A DNA stretch of 64,000 nucleotides, taken from Planctomycetota bacterium. GTDB lineage: Bacteria > Planctomycetota > B15-G4. Below the pieces are notes generated by a model, which saw nothing but the letters and a program-made list of their open reading frames with translations, searched no databases and had not been told where the DNA came from. Positions 9,088 to 20,398 of the stretch are shown piece after piece; positions within the stretch are counted from its first letter, which is position 1, and each line of letters opens with the position of its first letter. The DNA lies in NCBI GenBank assembly GCA_038212275.1, contig JBBQUR010000001.1, positions 306,890-370,889 of the forward strand. The letters run 5' to 3'. The position numbers were made by a program, and so were the translations under genes.

Positions 9088-10082
9088 TGGAAAACGTCGC
9101 GGTCCTCGGCGATGGAGCATGGGGCACGGCCCTGGCGATGGTGCTCGCCGAGCGTGGCGCCTCGGTGATCCAGTGGAGCTACTCGTCCGAGCGTGCACTC
9201 GAGATGCAGACCTCGCGCACGAACCGCAAGTATCTGCCGGGATATCGCATGCCGGACGGCGTGACGGTCACGGCCGAAGCCGCCGCCATGGCGCACGCCG
9301 ACCTCATCTTCAGTGTCGTGCCGAGCCAGTTCCTGAACGCGGTGCTCTCCGGCCTCAAGCCGCACTTCAAGCGGGCACGTCCGTTCGTGTCCGCGACCAA
9401 GGGCCTGGAATTTCCGACGCACCGGCGTGCGACGGAGATCATCCTCGAGACGCTCGGGCCGCGGTCGATCGCCGTGCTGTCGGGGCCCAGCCTGGCGGGC
9501 GAGGTCGTTCAGCACATGCCGACGGCCGTCGTGGCTGCCTCGCGCGACCTCGGGCTTGCGCTGCGCGTCCAGGACCTGCTCACGACGGAGCACTTCCGTG
9601 TCTACACGAGCCAGGATCCTGTGGGCGTAGAGCTCGGGGGCGCGCTGAAGAACGTGCTGGCCATCGCCGGCGGCATGGTGGATGGCCTGCGACTCGGCGA
9701 CAACACGAAGGCCGCGCTGCTCACGCGCGGCCAGGCGGAGATGGCACGCCTCGGCACGGTGCTCGGCGGACAGACGGACACCTTCCACGGCTTGTCCGGC
9801 ATCGGCGACCTCGTCGTGTCGTGCATGTCGAGCCAGGGGCGCAACCGGCAGGTGGGGGAGCGCATCGGCCGCGGCGAGACGCTGGACAGGATTCTGCCCA
9901 CGATTCCCGGCGTGCCCGAGGGCGTGCTGACGAGCAAGGCCGTCATGCAGCTGGCCGAGGAACACGGCATCGAGTTGCCCATCTGCCACGAGATCCACGA
10001 GGTGCTGTACCGCGGCAAGGATCCGCTGCAGGCCGTCGCGGACCTGATGACCCGCCAGCAGAAGGACGAAGTCATGACCTGA
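9087..10082 (+). CDS. gpsA: NAD(P)H-dependent glycerol-3-phosphate dehydrogenase
   Basis: GDGAWGTALA, ATKGLE, LSGPSLA, GGALKNVLAIA, GIGDL..C, GRNR motifs; TGATG coupling to plsY. Confidence 0.95.
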   Translation: MENVAVLGDGAWGTALAMVLAERGASVIQWSYSSERALEMQTSRTNRKYLPGYRMPDGVTVTAEAAAMAHADLIFSVVPSQFLNAVLSGLKPHFKRARPFVSATKGLEFPTHRRATEIILETLGPRSIAVLSGPSLAGEVVQHMPTAVVAASRDLGLALRVQDLLTTEHFRVYTSQDPVGVELGGALKNVLAIAGGMVDGLRLGDNTKAALLTRGQAEMARLGTVLGGQTDTFHGLSGIGDLVVSCMSSQGRNRQVGERIGRGETLDRILPTIPGVPEGVLTSKAVMQLAEEHGIELPICHEIHEVLYRGKDPLQAVADLMTRQQKDEVMT

Positions 10083-10110
10083 TCGGCAGCGCGCCGTCCG
10101 GCGCGCGCGA

Positions 10111-12135
10111 TCAGCCCTCAGGGGCCATCGCTCCGGGTTCGGGCACTGGTGCGGACGCGGGGGCCGGAGTGGTCGGCGGGGCTGCCGGCGAGACTGTCGG
10201 CATCGCAGCGGGCATCGCGGAGTAGTCCATGCCGCACCAGGCCTTGAAGGCCTTGCGCTGAGCGTCGCTGGGCGACTCCACCGGCAGCAGCCGCCAGTCC
10301 GCGAGGCGCAGAAGGCGCGGTCGCAGAGTCACCCGTCGCAATTCCTGGCCGCGGAAGAAGGAGATCTCCACGTGTTCGCCGCGCGTCCTGTCCAGGCGAT
10401 CCTGAAGGGTGGCGGCGTTCAGGCGCATGCCGTTCACCGCGAGCAGCAGATCGTGGACATTGAGCCCTGCCGCGAAGGCCGGGCCATCCTCCAGCACCGC
10501 CGTGATCCGGCACAGACCGCCTTCGTCCGCGGTGGAGACCCCGAGGTCAGGCGACAGCAGGAAGCCGTCGCGATCACGGGCGAGCAGGCGCGCGGATTCG
10601 GTCGGCTTCTGCACCAGGCGCAGTCCGACCCAGGCGAGATCCTCATCGGGTGAAAGCGGCGCAGTTCCGTCGACCCAGTCCGCGAAGAACGATGAGAGGT
10701 CGGTGCCGGCGGTTCGCTGTGAAAGTTCCCGCACGGCGCCTTCGGGAAAGCCCGATCCGGCTTCCGTGTATTGCTTCCACCCCAGCCGCAGGGCGTCGGC
10801 CAGGCATCGCGATCCGCCGGTGGCGCGACGGATGCGCATGTCGAGCAGCAGCGCGACGAGGCCGCCCTTGGTGTAGTAGCTGACCGAGGCATTGCGGCTG
10901 TTCTCGTCCGGACGGTAGTACTTGATCCAGGCGTCGTGGCTCGCGCGCGTGAGGCTCATGCGCCGTGCGCCGGGGAGTTCGGCGATCTCGCGGAACCCGG
11001 AAGCCAGCACGTCGAGATACTCGGACGGCTTGTCGCAGAAGCCTGCGCGCACCGTGGAGAGGTGGTCGTAGTAGCTCGTGATGCCTTCGGCTACCCAGAG
11101 GTCGCGCGTGTAGTTCTCGTGGTCGTAGTCGAAGGGACCCAGGGAGGACGGCCTGAAGCGCTTCACGTTCCAGGCGTGAAAGAATTCGTGCGCGATCAGC
11201 TCGAGCAGCGCGCGGTATTCCTTCTTCTGGTGCAGGGTCCAGCGCTGGGCGACGCAGACGCTGCTGTTCTTGTGCTCGAGGCCGCCGCCGCCGCTGTCCA
11301 CGAGCGGGATGATGAAGGTGTAGTCGTCGAATGGCATCAGGCCGAAGATCGAAGCGACCTCCGCGACGATGCGTTGCACGTCGCGCTGCAGCGCCGCCTC
11401 GTCCACGGCGCCTTCGCCTGCGAGCACGATGCGAAACGGCACGCCGTCCTGGGTGAAGGCGAGCACGCGGTGCGGCCCGACCTCGATCGGACAGTCCACC
11501 AGCGTGTCGTAGTCCGGGGCCAGCCAGCCGTCTCCGTCCGCCGTCAGGCCGGTGGCAACCTGCCAGCCGTCCGGTGCATCCAGTTCGACGCGATGGCTGC
11601 CTGCCTCGCGGCCTCGCACGAAGAGGAAAGTCGCGGCCGGCGAGAGGAAGGCATGGCGGTCGTCGACGTGGCTTGTGCGCACGGAGCGCTCGTTGGCGTA
11701 GACCGTGTAGTCCACGTGCACGACCCGCGCGCCGCCGGAGTCCACGCGCCACGAGTTCTTGTCGAGCTTCTCGACGGGCAGCGGGCGGCCGAGGTCGTCG
11801 CTGGCAACCAGGTCGAGCACGTTGCGGCTGTACTCGCGCACGAGGTAGCTGCCGGGCGTCCATACCGGCATCGCCACCACGAAGCCTTCGGGCGGCGCGT
11901 CGGAGAGCGAGAGGCGCACGTCGACGCGATGAGCCTGGCGGTCTGGAAATCGGAGGGAGTAGCGGAGCATGGCGGTCTCGACGGGGGCTGGCGGAGGCGC
12001 CGGTTCGCGCTGCAGCGGCTCGACCAGGTCGGCGGAGGCTGCACCCGGAGGACCGGGCTCGCTCACGTCGCGCGGACCGATCGCACAGGCAGTCAGCAAC
12101 AGGAGCGAAACGGCGGCGACGGCGTGATGAGGCAC
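10111..12135 (-). CDS. M61 family (glycyl aminopeptidase-like) metallopeptidase with C-terminal PDZ domain, lipoprotein
   Basis: WTPGSY, GGLEH, AHEFFHAWN, LWVAEGITSYY, SYYTKG; PDZ GPAFAAGL; LLTAC lipobox; start uncertain (GTG 12135 chosen). Confidence 0.9.
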   Translation of the reverse strand: MPHHAVAAVSLLLLTACAIGPRDVSEPGPPGAASADLVEPLQREPAPPPAPVETAMLRYSLRFPDRQAHRVDVRLSLSDAPPEGFVVAMPVWTPGSYLVREYSRNVLDLVASDDLGRPLPVEKLDKNSWRVDSGGARVVHVDYTVYANERSVRTSHVDDRHAFLSPAATFLFVRGREAGSHRVELDAPDGWQVATGLTADGDGWLAPDYDTLVDCPIEVGPHRVLAFTQDGVPFRIVLAGEGAVDEAALQRDVQRIVAEVASIFGLMPFDDYTFIIPLVDSGGGGLEHKNSSVCVAQRWTLHQKKEYRALLELIAHEFFHAWNVKRFRPSSLGPFDYDHENYTRDLWVAEGITSYYDHLSTVRAGFCDKPSEYLDVLASGFREIAELPGARRMSLTRASHDAWIKYYRPDENSRNASVSYYTKGGLVALLLDMRIRRATGGSRCLADALRLGWKQYTEAGSGFPEGAVRELSQRTAGTDLSSFFADWVDGTAPLSPDEDLAWVGLRLVQKPTESARLLARDRDGFLLSPDLGVSTADEGGLCRITAVLEDGPAFAAGLNVHDLLLAVNGMRLNAATLQDRLDRTRGEHVEISFFRGQELRRVTLRPRLLRLADWRLLPVESPSDAQRKAFKAWCGMDYSAMPAAMPTVSPAAPPTTPAPASAPVPEPGAMAPEG

Positions 12136-12234
12136 GCACCGATCATCCGGAAGACTCGCGGCGCCGATCAAGCACGGAGCCGTCGAAGTCGTGGCGAGGG
12201 CGCGCCACCGCGACGGGGCGCGGCGCGATCCGCC

Positions 12235-12654
12235 TCAACGAACGAGCAGGTCGTCGAGCACGGCGCGGATGTCGGGCGGGAACGGGACGCTTGCGAAGGT
12301 GTCGAGATCGATCAGCGCCACCGTGCCCAGGGCCTGCACGGACGGCTCGGACTGCCCGCCGTTGAAGCCTCGATACCTGAAGGTGACCGACGTCCGGCCG
12401 ATGCGCGTGACATCCAGCACCAGTCGCATCGGGTCGCCGAAGCGGAAGGCTTTGCGGAAGTCCGTCTCGAGCCTGACCATCGGCAGGCCGAGCCGCCGCT
12501 CCGAGAGGAGAGTGACGTACGGCTTGCCGAGCCGCTCGCCGAACATGTCCTCGAACACCGCGTGGAAGTTCTCGAAAAAGCGCGGGTAGTACATGATGCC
12601 CGCGCAATCCACCTGGCCGAAGCGCACCGGCAGCGTGACCTCGAAGGCCCCCAA
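12235..12654 (-). CDS. Acyl-CoA thioesterase (hotdog fold, 4HBT/YbgC-like)
   Basis: VRFGQVDCAGIMYYPRFF motif, IGRTS; TTG start 1 nt after the iscX stop. Confidence 0.85.
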   Translation of the reverse strand: MGAFEVTLPVRFGQVDCAGIMYYPRFFENFHAVFEDMFGERLGKPYVTLLSERRLGLPMVRLETDFRKAFRFGDPMRLVLDVTRIGRTSVTFRYRGFNGGQSEPSVQALGTVALIDLDTFASVPFPPDIRAVLDDLLVR

Positions 12655-12655
12655 G

Positions 12656-12858
12656 TCAGTCCTCCAACTCGTCGAGCCACGCCATCTGGATGGCCTCGAG
12701 CACCTTCTCGCCGCCCTGCTGCGACAGGCCGGTGAAGCCCGGCAACGCAAGCACCCAGGCGTGAAGGTCCGTGAATCGCACGCTCAACGGGTCGACGTCA
12801 GGGTGCGCCTCGGCGAGCAACGGCGCGATGTCGTGCACGTCGGTCCAGCCCATCGGTC

Positions 12859-12862
<4 letters not shown>
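12656..12862 (-). CDS. iscX: Fe-S assembly protein IscX
   Basis: WTDVHDIA..L.EAHPDVDP..VRFTDL..WV..L..F...GEKVLEAIQMAWLDE signature; directly after hscA. Confidence 0.92.
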
Positions 12863-14738
<1,876 letters not shown>

Positions 14739-14742
<4 letters not shown>

Positions 14743-15350
14743 GCCGCACGCTCCGCGTCGCGCAGCATGCGGCGCAGGACGCGCAGTTCGTGCAGCAGCG
14801 TCGCGAGGCGCCGCGTGTCGGGCGACGTCCAGGCCGCGGGCTCGTTGAGCACGGACAGGCGCCGGGTGATCTCGTCGCGGAGTTCGTCGCCAAGCCGCGC
14901 CAGCCTGGCGATGTCGTGCCCGGCCACGGCTTCCTCGGCGGCCTCCGAGGTCTCCATGGCCGTCATCAGGAACTCCGGAGAGAGTTGCTTCCAGCGCTCG
15001 AGCGCCTGCGGGTCGTGCAGCGCGAGCAGGTATTCCGCCCGCGACTCCTCGTCGCCGAGGGTCACGTAGGCCTCGTTGAGCAGGGCGCTGTTGCGCAGTG
15101 CAAGGTCGCGCAGGGCGGCGTCGGCGCCACCGTGGAAGTCGGGGTGGAGCAGCCGTGACAGGCGCAGGTAGGCGCGCTCGAGGCTACCGGCGTCGGTGCG
15201 CGAACCGGCATCGCCAGGCAGGCCGAGCCTCTGGAAGTGCGTGGAGTCCGCAGTTTCCTCGAGCAGGCGCCCGCAGTGCAGGCACGCCAGCGAACTCCCC
15301 GGTTCCGCGCCGCATCCGGGGCACGCCGGCAGTGTGGATGCACTCGTCAT
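14739..15350 (-). CDS. hscB: Co-chaperone HscB (J-domain) with N-terminal CxxC..CxxC
   Basis: LHPDF J motif, LNEAY.TL....RAEYLL, PEFLM..ME; between iscA and hscA; ACPGCG...ACLHCG. Confidence 0.88.
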
Positions 15351-15367
15351 CGCAGCAGTTGCCACGC

Positions 15368-15736
15368 TCAGACCGAGAAAGACGTGCCGCACCCGCAGGT
15401 GCCGCTGGCCGTCGGGTTCTTGAAGGTGAAGCCGCGGTCCATCAGGCCGTCGTTGAAATCGATCACGGAGCCGTGCATGTAGAACTCGCTCTTCATGTCC
15501 ACGCGCACGTCGATGCCGTGCCAGCTGCTGACGATGTCGAATTCGTCGGCGGCATTCCGATCAAGGTCGATCTGGTACGCGAAGCCCGCGCAGCCTCCGC
15601 CCTTGACCGAGAGGCGCATGGCCGTCTCGGGGGGCAGGCCCTTTTCCTTGAGGATGTGGCGGAATTCCCGCGCGGCGCGCTCGGTCACCACGATGGGTGA
15701 TTCGGTGCCGGTCAGCGTGTCGGTCTCAGTGCTCAT
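15368..15736 (-). CDS. iscA: A-type Fe-S carrier IscA
   Basis: GGCAGFAY and NPTASGTCGCGTSF; position after iscU. Confidence 0.92.
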   Translation of the reverse strand: MSTETDTLTGTESPIVVTERAAREFRHILKEKGLPPETAMRLSVKGGGCAGFAYQIDLDRNAADEFDIVSSWHGIDVRVDMKSEFYMHGSVIDFNDGLMDRGFTFKNPTASGTCGCGTSFSV

Positions 15737-15767
15737 GTCGATCCTGGGGAGGGCGGGCTGAGGGCGG

Positions 15768-16181
15768 TCAGGCGGGCTTCGTGCCGGCGGGCTGAGCGTC
15801 CTGTGCGTGCTTCGAGCGGTAGTCGTTCAGCGCCGCGCGGATCGCATCCTCGGCAAGTACCGAGCAGTGGATCTTCACCGGCGGCAGCGACAGCTCGTTC
15901 ACGATGTCCGTGTTGCGGATCTGCAGCGCCTCGTCGATGGTCTTGCCCTTGACCCATTCGGTGGCCAGGCTGCTGCTCGCGATCGCCGAGCCGCATCCGA
16001 ACGTCTTGAACTTGGCATCCTCGATGATGCCCTGTGCGTTGACGCGGATCTGAAGCTTCATCACGTCGCCGCACTCGGGTGCGCCGACGACGCCGGTACC
16101 GACCGCAGGATCGCTCTTGTCGAGACTGCCGACGTTGCGCGGGTGTTCGTAATGATCGAGGACTTTGTCGCTGTAGGCCAT
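15768..16181 (-). CDS. iscU: Fe-S scaffold IscU
   Basis: YSDKVLDHYEHPRNVG, APECGDVMKLQI, FGCGSAIASSS, LPPVKIHCS. Confidence 0.98.
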   Translation of the reverse strand: MAYSDKVLDHYEHPRNVGSLDKSDPAVGTGVVGAPECGDVMKLQIRVNAQGIIEDAKFKTFGCGSAIASSSLATEWVKGKTIDEALQIRNTDIVNELSLPPVKIHCSVLAEDAIRAALNDYRSKHAQDAQPAGTKPA

Positions 16182-16250
16182 GGGAGTTGTTCCGGAAACG
16201 GTGTTGCGTGTGTTCGATGCCAGGTGTGCGTGCTGCGAGAGCGGCGCCGC

Positions 16251-17486
16251 TCAGTGCGACGGTCCCCATTTCACGCTGGAGAGGTCGATTCCCTCCTGGA
16301 CCATCTCGTACAGCGGAGACATCGCACGCAGGCGCGTCACCGTCGAGATGATCGTGTCGGCGGCTTCGTCCACGTCCTGTTCCGTGGTGAAGCGACCGAT
16401 GCTGAAGCGGATGGAGGAGTGAGCCAGTTCGTCGCCGACGCCCAGCGCGCGCAGCACGTAGCTGGGCTCGAGACTCGCCGAGGTGCAGGCGGAGCCCGAA
16501 GAGACGGCCACGTTCGGCACGCCCATGATGAGCGACTCGCCCTCGACGTACGCGAAGGAGAGATTGCACGTGGTCGGCAGGCGCCATTCCGGATGGCCAT
16601 TGAGTTCGACGTGGTCGAGCCTGGCGCGGATGCGCTGCTCGAGGCGTTCGCGCAGGCGCTTGTAGTGCTCCTGGTCCTTGTCGAAGTCGAGCTTCGCGAG
16701 CCGGCAGGCTTCGCCGAGTCCGACGATGCCCGGCACGTTGAGCGTGCCGCTGCGCATCCCGCGTTCGTGGCCTCCGCCGTGCATCTGCGGAGCCAGCCGG
16801 ACGCGCGGGTTCTTGCGGCGCACGTACAGCGCCCCGACGCCCTTCGGCCCGTAGAGCTTGTGAGCGGACAGGCTGATCATGTCGAGCTTCATCTGGTCGA
16901 CGTCGAAGGGGATCTTGCCGACCGCCTGCGTGGCGTCGGAATGGAACCAGATGCCCTTCTCCCGCGCGAGGGCGCCGATTTCCGCGATCGGGTGCAGGGT
17001 TCCGATCTCGTTGTTCGCGGCCATGAGCGTGATGAGGATGGTGTCCGCGCGCAGCGCGTCGCGCACCTGGTCCGCGGACACGCGGCCGAAGTGGTCCGGA
17101 GCCAGGTAGGTGACATCGGCCCAGCCGCGGCTCTCGAGGTACTTGCACGAGTCCAGGATGGCCTTGTGCTCGGTCACGCAGGTGATCACGTGCCGGCCCT
17201 TTTCGGCGAGCATCTCGACGGTTCCCTTGACCGCGAGGTTGTCCGACTCCGTGGCGCCGCTGGTGAAGACGATTTCCTTGCCGGTGCAGCCGATCAGCGC
17301 GCCGATGTGACCGCGAGCGAGTTCGACGGCCTCCTCGGCTTCCCACCCGAAGTGGTGGGTGCGGCTGGCGGCATTGCCGAACTTCGCCGTGAGGTACGGC
17401 ATCATCGCCTCGAGCACGCGCGGATCGAGCTGCGTGGTCGCGTTGTTGTCGAGGTAGATCGAATGTTTGGACTGCGGCATCGACAT
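16251..17486 (-). CDS. iscS: Cysteine desulfurase IscS
   Basis: [25 protein letters not shown] (PLP Lys), [21 protein letters not shown]. Confidence 0.97.
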   Translation of the reverse strand: MSMPQSKHSIYLDNNATTQLDPRVLEAMMPYLTAKFGNAASRTHHFGWEAEEAVELARGHIGALIGCTGKEIVFTSGATESDNLAVKGTVEMLAEKGRHVITCVTEHKAILDSCKYLESRGWADVTYLAPDHFGRVSADQVRDALRADTILITLMAANNEIGTLHPIAEIGALAREKGIWFHSDATQAVGKIPFDVDQMKLDMISLSAHKLYGPKGVGALYVRRKNPRVRLAPQMHGGGHERGMRSGTLNVPGIVGLGEACRLAKLDFDKDQEHYKRLRERLEQRIRARLDHVELNGHPEWRLPTTCNLSFAYVEGESLIMGVPNVAVSSGSACTSASLEPSYVLRALGVGDELAHSSIRFSIGRFTTEQDVDEAADTIISTVTRLRAMSPLYEMVQEGIDLSSVKWGPSH

Positions 17487-17494
17487 GGCTTCGT

Positions 17495-17932
17495 TCACTT
17501 CCCGACGGGGATCGCTGGGGTCTGGGGCTGCATGAGCTCTGCGAGGCTGACGTCCTCGAGCAGGGCGATGATCCGGCGATGCACGCTGCGCATCGGGCTG
17601 CGCGACGGGCACACGTCCTCGTAGCCGCAGTTTCCGACGGACAGGTCCTCGACGGCGCAATCGATGAGTTGCACCGGTCCGTCGATGACATTCAGCACGT
17701 CGAGCAGCGAGATGTCGGCGGCCGGACGGGCAAGCTGATAGCCGCCGTGGAGTCCGCGCCGCGACTGGAGCAGGCCGGCCTTGCTGAACTCCTTCAGCAG
17801 GTTGGCCACGACCGTGCGGGGCATGTGATAGAGGTCGGCCAGATCGCGTGTGCTGGCAAGCTCGGTCTCGTGCCGGGCAAAATGGCCCAGCAGCAGGACG
17901 CCGTAGTCGGCCATGCGTGAGAAGCGAATCAT
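17495..17932 (-). CDS. Rrf2 family transcriptional regulator of the Fe-S operon (3-Cys)
   Basis: [36 protein letters not shown]-x9-C-x5-C; first gene of the isc operon. Confidence 0.9.
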   Translation of the reverse strand: MIRFSRMADYGVLLLGHFARHETELASTRDLADLYHMPRTVVANLLKEFSKAGLLQSRRGLHGGYQLARPAADISLLDVLNVIDGPVQLIDCAVEDLSVGNCGYEDVCPSRSPMRSVHRRIIALLEDVSLAELMQPQTPAIPVGK

Positions 17933-17998
17933 GGGGTTGCCTCGTGTTGCTGCCGGCCGATCCCGATCTCCGGGAGGGCCGTCCGCAACGGTCGCCCT

Positions 17999-18057
17999 AG
18001 AATAGGATGAGATCGCTGCTCTATCCATCGGAAAAAGAGGAGTGAAACAGTACTCTT
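17999..18057 (-). promoter_or_regulatory. isc operon promoter (TGGATA-N17-TATTCT) with two 23-bp imperfect palindromes, candidate Rrf2 boxes
   Basis: AT-rich island; AAGAGGAGTGAAACAGTACTCTT (18035-18057, 8 of 11 positions palindromic) and ATAG-N15-CTAT (18002-18024) overlapping the putative -10/-35. Confidence 0.55.
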
Positions 18058-18184
18058 GCTTCGAAAGGGCTCCCGTCAGCCCGCGTGGACGTCCCTTGCG
18101 GAGTCCCGGCGCAGCTCTGACTGCCCTTGTCCCTTCGGTTTTGCGAGACTTCCTGCCCACCTTTCCCAGCGCGCACGGATCCCG

Positions 18185-18661
18185 ATGACTGACCGCAAAG
18201 CCGCCCGAAACCCGCACGCCCTGTTCGTGATCGAAGGGGACTGCCAGCGGCCGCTGGCCTTCGGCCCGCTGGATCTCGCCGATCTCCATGCGAATTATCA
18301 GGTCGACGACATGGCCACGGTCGACGAGCGCCTGTCAGGCAAGGGTGTGCGACTGCGCAAGCTCATCGACCTGGTTGGCCCCGGATACGGAACCGCCTGG
18401 CTGACCATTCAGAGCCTCGAGGGCTTCACCGCCTGCGTGCCCCTGGCTCAGGTGTCACGCACGGGAGTGATCCTGTACGAGAAGTCCGGCAAGGCGCTCT
18501 CGGTGGAGGACGGCGGGCCGGCCCGCCTGATCGTGCCCTTCTTCGCGGCCGAGTGCGCCGACGTGAAAGGCCTGTCGCGCTTGTCCATCAGCCGTGAACC
18601 GACCAGGCACGTGGCGACAACCGCGCAAGCTCAAGGCAGCGGGACCGCATTGCGGCGCTGA
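18185..18661 (+). CDS. Stand-alone molybdopterin-binding (sulfite oxidase/YedY-like) domain protein
   Basis: GVRLRKLIDLVG, SLEGFTACVPL, GGPARLIVP, VKGL pattern typical of the Oxidored_molyb fold; about 158 aa. Confidence 0.7.
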   Translation: MTDRKAARNPHALFVIEGDCQRPLAFGPLDLADLHANYQVDDMATVDERLSGKGVRLRKLIDLVGPGYGTAWLTIQSLEGFTACVPLAQVSRTGVILYEKSGKALSVEDGGPARLIVPFFAAECADVKGLSRLSISREPTRHVATTAQAQGSGTALRR

Positions 18662-18679
18662 GGCGCCGCCGCCGGTCGC

Positions 18680-19030
18680 CTACGCGAAAAGCGTCTTCCA
18701 GCGCTCCTCGTGGAAGCCGACGACAAGTGTGCGGCCGATGCGCATCGACGGCGCGCGCAGATTGCCGGTCGGGCCCAGCAGCACCTCATACAGAATCTTC
18801 TCCACGGGAGGATCGCGCTTGAGGTCGTAGTCCACGAAGGACTTGCCCTTCGCTGCCACCACCCGGTTGGCGTGGCGCAGCAGCGCGGCAATCTGCGGCT
18901 TGCCGAGGACCACCTTGCGGGCATCCACGACCTCGCTCGCGGACAGTCCGCGCTTCTCGAGAAACGCGTCGGCCCGGGCGCAACTGGTGCAGCCCTTGCG
19001 GTGGTAGTACCAGTCGATCTTTGCGGCCAT
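18680..19030 (-). CDS. ArsC/Spx-like thioredoxin-fold protein (CxxC)
   Basis: YYHRKGCTSC, GPTGNLRAP, LVVGF. Confidence 0.8.
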   Translation of the reverse strand: MAAKIDWYYHRKGCTSCARADAFLEKRGLSASEVVDARKVVLGKPQIAALLRHANRVVAAKGKSFVDYDLKRDPPVEKILYEVLLGPTGNLRAPSMRIGRTLVVGFHEERWKTLFA

Positions 19031-19090
19031 GCCTCGCCTCGCTCCCGTGGAAACGAGGCTGAATTCTAGCATTTCGACGGGCGAAACTCT

Positions 19091-20398
19091 TCAGGCGAAG
19101 AGCGGGAGGCGCGCATGGTCGCCGGGGACCGCCAGGGTGGACGGCATGCCGAGCCAGTCCGTGAGACTGACGTAGACGCTGCGGAAATCCACGCCGACGG
19201 GGACATCGGTGTCCCGGTCTCCGGAAAGGTCGGGATCGATGCCTAGGACGCCGCCCTTGACGGCGCGGCCCAGCACGAACACCGGGCCGCCTGCTCCATG
19301 GTCGGTGCCTCCCGAGGCGTTTTCCTCGACCCGGCGTCCGAACTCCGAGAACACCAGCGTGGTCACCCTCCCGTCGTCTCCCTGCCGCCGCAGCCTGCCT
19401 TGGAAGTCGTCCAGCGCCTCACCGAGTTCCCGCAGGCACAGTTCGTGCGAGCGCTCCTGGCGGGCGTGGGTGTCATAGCCGTCCTGTGTCACGTAGATCA
19501 CGCGGGTGCCGAGCCGGGCTCCGATGAGTTGCGACGACAACGCGAGCGCACGCGCCAGCGGTGTCGTCGGTCCGTCGCCGGCCGGCTCCTCGCGTGCCAG
19601 GTCGTGCAGTCGCTGCGCGCAGTCGAAGGCTGCCGAGTCGGCCACCGCGATGCGTGCGGCAAGTCCTTCACGGCTGGCGGGTGAACGACACGCCTCCTGC
19701 AGCAGCCGGCGGGCGGCGGCGCCCCGATCGGTCCCGGCCGGGAGTGTGATCGACAGGTCGGACAGCGACTGCAGCGCCGGCGCCTGCCGCGGCGCGCCCG
19801 CAAGCGCGAGCGGCAGGTCGCGGCCGCCGATCCGCACGAAGGGAAGCTCCGAGGAGGCGTCCGGTCCGGCATCGGCCGCCTGCTGCGCCGCGAGCAGGCC
19901 GAGCCAGCCTGCCGACGGCGGGCTGTCGTCGGTGCGGGCCGTGTGCCAGATCTCCATGGAGCGGAAGTGGCTGCGATTCTCGTCGGGGTAGCCGACGCCC
20001 TGCACGACGGCCATACAGCCTTCATCCCAATGCGGAAGCAGAGCACCGAGGGCGGGGTGCAGGCCGAGATGGTCGCTGAGGCGCACGACTCGCTCGGGTC
20101 GCAGGGCGAGCACCGGGCGCGCGCGGTGGTAACGATCGTCCGCGAAGGGGATCACCGTGTTGAGGCCGTCGTTGCCGCCGGTGAGTTGCACGACCACGAG
20201 GACCCGCTCGCCGGGTTCCGCGGCGCACACGTTCCGAAAGGTGTGCGCCAACCCTGCGGGCATCAACGCGAGCAGTTGCAGCGCGGCTCCGGCCTTGAGG
20301 ATCTCGCGTCTCGTCAGGCCCGGCAGTGCATGAGCCCTCGTCGGTGGACAGTGCGCGGACGCGTCACGACGTCGACGATCCTGCGTCTCCTCGTTCAT
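19091..20398 (-). CDS. DUF1501 family protein with Tat signal
   Basis: TRREILK twin-arginine; VVVQLTGGNDGLN, RSHF, GYDTH, FSEFGRR, GTDHG, DFRSVY. Confidence 0.9.
   Translation of the reverse strand: MNEETQDRRRRDASAHCPPTRAHALPGLTRREILKAGAALQLLALMPAGLAHTFRNVCAAEPGERVLVVVQLTGGNDGLNTVIPFADDRYHRARPVLALRPERVVRLSDHLGLHPALGALLPHWDEGCMAVVQGVGYPDENRSHFRSMEIWHTARTDDSPPSAGWLGLLAAQQAADAGPDASSELPFVRIGGRDLPLALAGAPRQAPALQSLSDLSITLPAGTDRGAAARRLLQEACRSPASREGLAARIAVADSAAFDCAQRLHDLAREEPAGDGPTTPLARALALSSQLIGARLGTRVIYVTQDGYDTHARQERSHELCLRELGEALDDFQGRLRRQGDDGRVTTLVFSEFGRRVEENASGGTDHGAGGPVFVLGRAVKGGVLGIDPDLSGDRDTDVPVGVDFRSVYVSLTDWLGMPSTLAVPGDHARLPLFA

Noticed and set aside
18960..19030. Selenocysteine recoding in the ArsC-like gene
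   Set aside because: Both redox positions are TGC; no in-frame TGA
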